From assembly GCA_964514465.1 (NCBI GenBank), contig CAZERQ010000053.1:1-43065 (forward strand): a DNA stretch of 43,065 nucleotides, read 5' to 3'. Under the pieces are notes generated by a model. It made no database searches, was not told where the DNA came from, and saw only the letters and a program-made list of their open reading frames with translations. A program made the position numbers and the translations under genes. Shown piece after piece: positions 36,732 to 43,065 of this stretch (position 1 is the first letter of the stretch; each line of letters begins with the position of its first letter). The DNA comes from an uncultured Acidimicrobiales bacterium (GTDB taxonomy: Bacteria > Actinomycetota > Acidimicrobiia > Acidimicrobiales > Hopanoidiivorantaceae).

Positions 36732-37682
36732 TCAGAAGCCGGTGGTTGAGCCAGTGCTGCCGAACCCGCCGAAGCCGCCGCCGCCACCGAAGCCACCGCG
36801 GTTTTTCTTGGGGGCGAACGCGCCTGCCACCTCATTGCCACCAAAACCCGCTGGCGTCTCACCCTTGACCGCATAGTTATACAGCACGCTCTGATAAACA
36901 CTGTTCAAGGCAGACAAAAACAACCCCACACCCACCAGATAAATAACGGCCACAGCCACCCCAACAATTATCACCGGCACAAAACCGGTCATTGAAACCA
37001 AAACAACCAGAATAATTCCCGGCAGAGCAAACACCAAACCCACTATCCCCATGCCAAACTGGCCGATCAGGTTCTCACCCCAGGTCTCGCGCAGCATCTC
37101 CTTGGAGCGGCGCAGGCTGGCGAACGGCCCCAAGCCCTCAACCACCACAATCGGTATCACCAAAAACTTCATCACGTTCCAAGCCAGCTCCAGCAGCGAA
37201 CTCAGGATCCAGCCCACAAACCTGATTCGTTCCATGGCGGCCTGCAACAAGCTGATCAACCAGGATATGGTCAGCGCCACCAGTCCCCAAAGTGCCAGCT
37301 GCTTCAGCCTGGAGCGCGCACCTCGCAAAGCGCTTTGCACGGTCGGGTCGCCGCCGGAAAGTCGCTCCAGTGCCCCATGCACGATGGCCCCATGAAAGAA
37401 CGCGTTGGCTATGGCCAGACAGGGCAGCACCACCAACCCCAACAAAACATAGACGGCCGGATGCGGTGTCTCCCACCAGGAATTGTCGGCCGTTCCGTCA
37501 ACACTCGTGCCCGCAGCCGTCAGCAACCCGGCAACCAGCACAACCGCGCCGGCCAGCAACAGCAACACCAGCGCCACACCGAAACTCATGGCCGCCAGCC
37601 AAAGCAGTTCCCTGTCCTGCTTCAGGACACCCCACGATGTCTTGAAGATGCTCCAGGATCTGGAGAAATAGCCGTGTCTCAT
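36732..37682 (-). CDS. Membrane protein (DUF6159-like)
   Basis: FSRSW..FK.SW.VLKQDREL, about 6 TM segments, SL.RS..ML.ETWGE and a Gly-rich tail. TAGGCT 7 nt before ATG. Confidence 0.75.
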   Translation of the reverse strand: MRHGYFSRSWSIFKTSWGVLKQDRELLWLAAMSFGVALVLLLLAGAVVLVAGLLTAAGTSVDGTADNSWWETPHPAVYVLLGLVVLPCLAIANAFFHGAIVHGALERLSGGDPTVQSALRGARSRLKQLALWGLVALTISWLISLLQAAMERIRFVGWILSSLLELAWNVMKFLVIPIVVVEGLGPFASLRRSKEMLRETWGENLIGQFGMGIVGLVFALPGIILVVLVSMTGFVPVIIVGVAVAVIYLVGVGLFLSALNSVYQSVLYNYAVKGETPAGFGGNEVAGAFAPKKNRGGFGGGGGFGGFGSTGSTTGF

Positions 37683-37754
37683 AGCAAATAGCCTAGCGGG
37701 GAAATACGGCCCAGCGGGAATTAACTCAGCGGGGAAAACCTGGCGCGCCGCGGC

Positions 37755-39503
37755 CTAGCGCGCCGTGACCGTCTCGGTGTCTTTGCCCGATTTCATGATC
37801 CTGCCCGGCAGCTCCCCGGTGTTGCGGCCGTCCTCAACAATCGGCACTCCGTTGCAGAACACCGCCGACAGCCCAACTCCGGCCGAATAGAGCCTTGACG
37901 TCCCCCCGGGCAGATCGTCAACCATCCGCAGCGGCTCAGCGTCAATGGTCTCGGGATCAAAGATCACCAGGTCGGCATACCAACCCGTCTGAATCTGACC
38001 CCGCCTAACCAGGCCAAACAAGCGCGCCGGACGGTCGGTCAGCAAATGGACAGCCTGCTCCACGCCGATCAGCTTGCGCCCCCGCAGCATGTCGCCCAGC
38101 CACTGGGTGGTGTAGGGCGCGCCGCACATCCGATCCAGATGCGCCCCGGCATCGGAGCCGCCGATCAGCACGTCGGGCTGCTCCCACAACTCGCTGCGCA
38201 TGCTCCAGCTTTCGGTGTCGTCATCGGTGGGGTGCGGCCACAGAATTGTGCGTCCGCCGTCGGCCACCACAATGTCGCACAGCACATCAAACGCGTTCTG
38301 CCCTTCGCCGCTGCCACCCCGTTCCTGCGCGATGTCGCGGACAACCCGCCCGGACAGACCCTCGTTTTCGGGCGAGAAAGTGTCGCCGATGGAATAGGTG
38401 CCCCAGTTGGTCAGGCGCAAGAACACCCCGGCTTCGGGCAGCTGCGACTGGCTATACAGATATTCCCGCACCTCCGGGTCGGACAGTTTGGCGACCCGCT
38501 CCTCCAGTGGTAGGCCCAAAATGTCGCCCCAGCCCGGCAATCGGTTGAGCGCGCAATAGAACCCGAAGCTCATGTTCATGCCCACCAAGATGGGCATGGT
38601 CAAAGCCACCAGCCGGCCGCCGGCTTCGGCCACCCGGGCAGACGTCCCGGCTTGCTGTTGCACCCGGTCGGCGTGGGCGGCGTCCACCGTCAGCACGTTC
38701 CAGTTGATGGGTCGGTTGGCTTCAGACGACATCTCAGACAGCAGCGCAATCTCCTCGTCGCTGAAGCGATCCATGCAGCCGTCCACGATTATCTCCAGGG
38801 TGGTGCCCGGGTGCTGGCCGGCCGTGCGCGACAGGGCGACGACCTCCTCGTTGGAGGCGTGGCGGCTGGGCACCGGGGCGCCGTCGCCATCTTCATGCGT
38901 GTAGGCCAGCGAAGTGGAAAATCCGATGCCGCCCGCCTGGATGCTCTCCTCCAGCAGGGCGCTCATCTCGGCGATCTGGTCGGCGGTGGCCTGCTCGCCC
39001 ACCGAGGCTTCGCCCATGACATGGCGGCGCAGGGCGCTGTGGCCCACCAAGAAAGCGGCGTTGACTCCGATGCGACCCTCGAGGCTGCCCAGATAATCGC
39101 CGAAAGTCCGCCAGTCCCAGGGCAGTCCCTGCTCCAGGGCGGTCAGCGGCATTCCCTCTACTTTGACCATCATCTTGCGCAGATAGTCGGCGTCGGCTTC
39201 AGACACCGGAGCCAGCGTGAAGCCGCAGTTGCCGGCGATGACGGAGGTGACCCCGTGCAGGCTGGAGGGCGTGGCATAGGGATCCCAGAACAGCTGGGCG
39301 TCATAGTGCGTGTGCGGATCCACGAAACCCGGGCAGACGAATTTGCCGCTGGCGTCCACCACGTTCTGGGCGTCGGATTCGGGGATGCTGCCGGGTTCTG
39401 CGATTTCGGCAATCTGGTCGCCGGTGATGGCGATATCGGCTGGGCGGGCGGGTGCGGCGGTGCCGTCGATGAGCTGTCCGCCTTTGATGAGGTAGTCAAA
39501 CAT
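37755..39503 (-). CDS. N-acyl-D-amino-acid deacylase family amidohydrolase
   Basis: PGFVDPHTHYDAQ, GNCGF, SDAGAH and ADLVIFDP. Start taken at MFDYLIKGG. Confidence 0.9.
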   Translation of the reverse strand: MFDYLIKGGQLIDGTAAPARPADIAITGDQIAEIAEPGSIPESDAQNVVDASGKFVCPGFVDPHTHYDAQLFWDPYATPSSLHGVTSVIAGNCGFTLAPVSEADADYLRKMMVKVEGMPLTALEQGLPWDWRTFGDYLGSLEGRIGVNAAFLVGHSALRRHVMGEASVGEQATADQIAEMSALLEESIQAGGIGFSTSLAYTHEDGDGAPVPSRHASNEEVVALSRTAGQHPGTTLEIIVDGCMDRFSDEEIALLSEMSSEANRPINWNVLTVDAAHADRVQQQAGTSARVAEAGGRLVALTMPILVGMNMSFGFYCALNRLPGWGDILGLPLEERVAKLSDPEVREYLYSQSQLPEAGVFLRLTNWGTYSIGDTFSPENEGLSGRVVRDIAQERGGSGEGQNAFDVLCDIVVADGGRTILWPHPTDDDTESWSMRSELWEQPDVLIGGSDAGAHLDRMCGAPYTTQWLGDMLRGRKLIGVEQAVHLLTDRPARLFGLVRRGQIQTGWYADLVIFDPETIDAEPLRMVDDLPGGTSRLYSAGVGLSAVFCNGVPIVEDGRNTGELPGRIMKSGKDTETVTAR

Positions 39504-39629
39504 GGTGGTGGTCTTTCGGTGTGGGTCGTGGGTTTTGGTGGGGTCAGATATTCTGCTTGCTTTCAAGTTTAGTCAGAGGGCCGGACATTTTTCCCCGAAG
39601 CGAGTCGCCCAGAGCGCGAGCCGGCCGTC

Positions 39630-40136
39630 TCAGCGTCTGTCCGCAAAAAACCGTTGCAGCAGCGCCGCGCACTCGGGCTCCAGCACGCCGCCCACCACTT
39701 CGAAATTGTGCGACAGGCGGGGGTCGGCCCCGAAGTTATACAGCGAACCGCACGCGCCAGCCTTAGGGTCGGCCGCCCCGAACACCACCTGGGCAACCCG
39801 GCTCAGCACCGCTGCCCCAGCGCACATCGGGCAGGGCTCCAGCGTGCTAACCAGCACAGCCCCGTCCAGCCGGGAGCCGCCCAACTTGTCGCACGCCGAC
39901 CTGATGGCCAGCACCTCCGCGTGGGCCGTGGAGTCGCCGCGCAACTCGCGCTCATTCTTGCCGGCCGCCAGGATTTGGTCATCCAGCAGAATCACTGCGC
40001 CCACCGGCACATCTCCGTGCTCTTTGGCTTGCTCGGCTTGCGTCAGCGCCTGGCGCATGGCCCAGACGTGGATGTCGTCGGGCGCTATGCTTGAGTTGGC
40101 TGGCTGCTGTTTGGCTGGCTGCTGTTCGTCTGACAT
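39630..40136 (-). CDS. tadA: tRNA-specific adenosine deaminase
   Basis: DVPVGAV, TAHAE, TLEPCPMCAGA, DPKAGA and LL..FF. Immediately downstream of tRNA-Ser. Confidence 0.92.
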   Translation of the reverse strand: MSDEQQPAKQQPANSSIAPDDIHVWAMRQALTQAEQAKEHGDVPVGAVILLDDQILAAGKNERELRGDSTAHAEVLAIRSACDKLGGSRLDGAVLVSTLEPCPMCAGAAVLSRVAQVVFGAADPKAGACGSLYNFGADPRLSHNFEVVGGVLEPECAALLQRFFADRR

Positions 40137-40177
40137 AGGCGCTTGCTTTTGACGCTTGCGTGATGGCGCAAAGTTTG

Positions 40178-40266
40178 TGGCGGAGGGAGTGGGATTTGAA
40201 CCCACGGTGACCAGAGGCCACACACGCTCTCCAGGCGTGCCGATTCGTCCGCTCTCGCATCCCTCC
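40178..40266 (-). tRNA. tRNA-Ser(GGA)
   Basis: GGAGGGA/TCCCTCC acceptor stem with G discriminator and encoded CCA; anticodon arm CACGC-CTGGAGA-GCGTG; long variable arm; GTTCAAATC T-loop. Confidence 0.96.
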
Positions 40267-40273
40267 AGATTCC

Positions 40274-40291
40274 AGTCTAGCGTGATATACT
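40274..40291. promoter_or_regulatory. Back-to-back -10 elements for tRNA-Ser and SRP RNA
   Basis: TAGACT on minus (40279-40274), 7 nt before the tRNA 5' end; extended TGaTATACT on plus (40283-40291). Confidence 0.55.
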
Positions 40292-40321
40292 GAATATACA
40301 GCCATCGGGCCGAGCAGCAGT

Positions 40322-40453
40322 CGAGCCGCGAGGTGTGACGATTGGGTCCTGTGCGACTGGGTCCCGTGAATCGAGTCAGAGCCGGGAGGCAGCAGCTCTC
40401 AGCGGTCAACCTGGGGTGCCGCAGTCAACCTGGTCGTCACATCTGGCGGCTTG
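40322..40453 (+). ncRNA. ffs: Signal recognition particle RNA (small bacterial 4.5S type)
   Basis: Long hairpin: AGGTGTGACGATTGGG pairs with CCTGGTCGTCACATCT, and apical GAGT-CAGA-GCC-GGGA-GGC-AGCA-GCTC is helix-8-like. Adjacent to tadA and tRNA-Ser. Ends approximate. Confidence 0.85.
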
Positions 40454-40521
40454 GCGCCGGCGGGGGACGTGGGCGCGGCTATGGCGAAGCGCGGCGAGCG
40501 GCTGGGCGCGACGCAACTCCG

Positions 40522-41214
40522 TCAGTTCCCCTTGTGCAGATCCGGCTGCAGACGCAGGATGTCGCCCACCTTGCCCACACCTCTGATGTCCACTTCGGTC
40601 TTGCCCACCACCTTGACCCACTCGGGCAGCAAGTCCTGGGACACGTCCGCCAGTATCTCGCCCGCCTCGGCAATCTCGCACAGCCGGAACGCCAGGTTGA
40701 CCGGCTCGCCGATGTAGTCGTCTCCCTCAAACAGCAGCGCATCGCCCGACGCCAGCCCCACCCGCACGGAAATGTGCGTGGCCTTGAAGTGATGAATGAT
40801 GTGGGCGCCGGTTGCGATGATGCGGCCGGGGTCGGGGCTCACCAGCATGGCGCCGTCGCCCATCCACTTCGACACCCGCACTCCGCGCAGGCTGGCCACC
40901 AGTCGGGTCTCGCGGCGGAAGGCGGTCAGCAGCTCTGCGGCTATGGCTGGGCCTTGCTGTCGGGTAACGGACGTGAACCCGCTCATGTCGATGAAGCCGA
41001 AGGTGCGCCTGACCAGCATGTATTTGGTGGCGGGCTGGAGGTCGCGCGGGGATTCGGTGCCGTCGCCTTCGCGGGCCAGCACCCACTCTCGGGCCGGGCT
41101 CATCTCGGGTTCCGGGGTTGGGAGGTCGGAGGCGTCGGGCGGCGCGGGCACGGGCACGGCGGGCGCACCAGCTTCCCCGTCAATCTCTGTGGGTGTGTCT
41201 TCGTCCTTTTTCAA
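40522..41214 (-). CDS. Stand-alone class III adenylate/guanylate cyclase domain protein
   Basis: FIDMSGFT, KWMGDG, RVGL and DYIGEPVNLAFRL (both Asp, Lys and NxxxR present). TTG start is uncertain. Confidence 0.85.
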   Translation of the reverse strand: MKKDEDTPTEIDGEAGAPAVPVPAPPDASDLPTPEPEMSPAREWVLAREGDGTESPRDLQPATKYMLVRRTFGFIDMSGFTSVTRQQGPAIAAELLTAFRRETRLVASLRGVRVSKWMGDGAMLVSPDPGRIIATGAHIIHHFKATHISVRVGLASGDALLFEGDDYIGEPVNLAFRLCEIAEAGEILADVSQDLLPEWVKVVGKTEVDIRGVGKVGDILRLQPDLHKGN

Positions 41215-41482
41215 ATCTGTGTCCGTGTCTGTATGTCTGTGTCTCTATATTCACATCTCCATGTATCCATCTTTACATATGAGGCGTCAATATGGGAGCC
41301 TTAACCAATGTGAGACCTCAATCTGGCAGCCACGGCCTGCGGCCCGAAACCGCGCTGGCAACACCACCACCAGCATTTGCGTCCGCCACGCTCTATAGTA
41401 AATTCAATTGTCAAAAGGCAAGCCAAGCGGCAAGCCAAAGCCCAACCCAAAGCCCAAACCCAAACCCAAAAAAGGATCCGCT

Positions 41483-42469
41483 ATGTTCAACGCCATTTTG
41501 CTCTCCAAAGACGATGATAACTTCTCCTGCCAGCAAGTTCAACTCAATGCTGACCAGCTGCCGGACGAGGCCGTGGAGATTGACGTGGAATATTCCACCA
41601 TCAACTACAAGGACGGCTTGGCCATCACCGGGCGCCCGGGCATCGTCCGCAACTGGCCCATCGTGCCGGGCATCGACCTGACCGGAACCATCGCCGCCAG
41701 CCAGGATCCCAACTGGCAAGCAGGCGACCGGATCACCCTCAACGGCTGGGATGTCGGCGAGAAGCACTGGGGCGGCCTGGCGCAAAAGGCCCGCTCCAAA
41801 CCCGAATGGCTGACCCGCCTGCCCGAGACCATCAGCACATTTCACGGCGCGGCCATCGGCACGGCGGGCTACACGGCCATGCTGTGCGTGCTGGAGCTGG
41901 AGGAGCATGGCATAACGCCCGACAAAGGCCCGGTGCTGGTGACCGGAGCGGCCGGTGGGGTGGGCAGTGTGGCGGTGGCGGTGCTGGCCAAGCTGGGATA
42001 TGAGGTCACCGCGTCCAGCGGTCGCGGCGACACCGAAGACGACTATCTCAAGGCGCTGGGTGCCAGCCAGGTCATTGGCCGAGACGAGTTCTCAGGCGAG
42101 CTTCGTCCGCTGGGTTCGGCCAAGTGGGCCGGCGCGGTTGATGTGGTGGGCAGCACGACCCTGGCGCAGGTCATCTCTGAGACCCAACCCCACGGTTGCG
42201 TGGCGGCTTGTGGGCTGGCCCAGGGTGCCGACTTGCCGGGCTCGGTCATTCCGTTCATCTTGCGGGCGGTGACGCTGGCCGGGGTGAACTGCGTGTATGA
42301 GCCGGCGGCGAGGCGGGACTTGGCTTGGGAGCGTCTGGCGCGGGACTTGGATTTGGACAAGCTGGACATGATGACCCAGGAAGTCGGGCTAGGAGAGGTG
42401 CCTCAGGTTGCGGCTGATATTTTGGAGGGTAAGGTTCGGGGGCGGGTGGTTGTGAATGTGAATCGGTGA
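41483..42469 (+). CDS. acuI: Acryloyl-CoA reductase AcuI/YhdH family (MDR)
   Basis: YSTINYKDGLA, PGIDL.G, AIGTAGYTAML, VTGAAGGVGS, PFILRAVTLAG and GKVRGRVVV. AAAGGA SD upstream. Confidence 0.88.
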   Translation: MFNAILLSKDDDNFSCQQVQLNADQLPDEAVEIDVEYSTINYKDGLAITGRPGIVRNWPIVPGIDLTGTIAASQDPNWQAGDRITLNGWDVGEKHWGGLAQKARSKPEWLTRLPETISTFHGAAIGTAGYTAMLCVLELEEHGITPDKGPVLVTGAAGGVGSVAVAVLAKLGYEVTASSGRGDTEDDYLKALGASQVIGRDEFSGELRPLGSAKWAGAVDVVGSTTLAQVISETQPHGCVAACGLAQGADLPGSVIPFILRAVTLAGVNCVYEPAARRDLAWERLARDLDLDKLDMMTQEVGLGEVPQVAADILEGKVRGRVVVNVNR

Positions 42470-42498
42470 GGCGGGCCGGTGATGTGTGCCGGCTACTC

Positions 42499-43065
42499 CT
42501 ACTCCCCCAGCAAAATCCCGGGCAGCCGAGCCGCCGCCGTCTGAGCCAACTTCGCCACTTCCCCCAGTCGCGAATCACAATCCACCTCACGAGCCAACTC
42601 CGCCGCCAGCTCCAAGTCCTTGAGTGCCAGTCCGATCACCGGCTCGACCAACTCTGGCGCAGGCGCCAACTGTCGCAGATTGCCGAAGCCTCCGTGCGTG
42701 CCGATGTGCCGGTCGGAGTGCTCGATAATCCGCCAGAACTGCTCCACATCCACCTCGGCGGCTGCGGCCAGGGCCGTGGCAACGCCGGCCACCATCCATT
42801 CGCAATAGGTGATCAGGTTGCGGGCAATCTTGGCGCGCTGGCCGGCTCCCCAGTCGCCCATCCGCAGAGCCAGGCCGACATAATCCGACAGTTGCGGGGC
42901 GACCCATTCGCAGGCCTCGGCCGGACCACCCAACATGACCGCCAGATCGCCGCTTTCGGCCGCCGCCGGCCCGCCCGTCACGGGTGCGTCCAAGATGGTC
43001 AGACCCGACTGGCTGGCTTGGCGCGCCAACTCGCTCACGGTTTCGGGCTGGACGGTTGAATGGAC
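42499..43065 (-). CDS. NAD(P)-dependent beta-hydroxyacid dehydrogenase family (5' part beyond the window's right edge)
   Basis: Frame open to the edge (VHSTVQPETV...), with LDAPVTGG, G.GQ.AK...N and KDLELA. Confidence 0.85.
   Translation of the reverse strand, partial: VHSTVQPETVSELARQASQSGLTILDAPVTGGPAAAESGDLAVMLGGPAEACEWVAPQLSDYVGLALRMGDWGAGQRAKIARNLITYCEWMVAGVATALAAAAEVDVEQFWRIIEHSDRHIGTHGGFGNLRQLAPAPELVEPVIGLALKDLELAAELAREVDCDSRLGEVAKLAQTAAARLPGILLGE

Noticed and set aside
40178-40266. tRNA-Ser as an occupied integration site
   Set aside because: tadA follows directly; I saw no duplicated tRNA 3' end or integrase.
40137-40409. N-terminal extension of the tadA ORF to 259 aa
   Set aside because: The extension runs through tRNA-Ser and the SRP RNA; the real start is most likely ATG 40136.
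40342-41304. 320-aa plus-strand ORF
   Set aside because: Begins inside the SRP RNA and is antisense to the cyclase.
41408-41482. KP-repeat N-terminal extension of AcuI
   Set aside because: Derives from a hexamer repeat; an AAAGGA SD precedes ATG 41483, where family similarity begins.

Overview
High-GC bacterial chromosomal window. Gene content and promoter style point to an actinobacterium, probably of Acidimicrobiia type. A marine or host-associated lifestyle is only an inference from the sulfatase, AcuI-like, Aap-type and sterol-catabolic genes. From left to right: a nucleoside-catabolism region (partial add, an in-frame cdd-deoA fusion, deoC, a full and a truncated aldehyde dehydrogenase, an NT5C-type nucleotidase) interrupted by a diiron ferritin-like gene, a DCC-family gene and an orphan; amidohydrolase, PhyH dioxygenase and hydantoinase/oxoprolinase A/B; an AT-richer defence islet (about 17.1-23.2 kb) with two MTase-nuclease pairs (one NlaIII/IceA-like HNH, one unassigned PD-(Q)xK type next to an MTase with a zinc-finger-like insertion) and an AAA_14/DUF4143 ATPase, interleaved with an SDR and a sulfatase; a sterol side-chain cluster (Rv3521/ltp4/ltp3/Rv3548c-like); an LLM/F420 oxidoreductase; an MBOAT plus SGNH O-acylation pair; an AapJQMP-type ABC transporter; a D-aminoacylase; tadA; tRNA-Ser(GGA) back-to-back with an SRP RNA that has a variant helix 8; a stand-alone class III cyclase; an acuI-like gene and a partial beta-hydroxyacid dehydrogenase. 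The most interesting signal is an identical 18-bp element at the head of both putative R-M-containing transcription units. It fits the actinobacterial RecA-NDp/PafBC DNA-damage promoter and is positioned for leaderless initiation. The window also shows pervasive short tandem duplications at gene termini. All family calls come from motif recognition and memory; no database searches were run.
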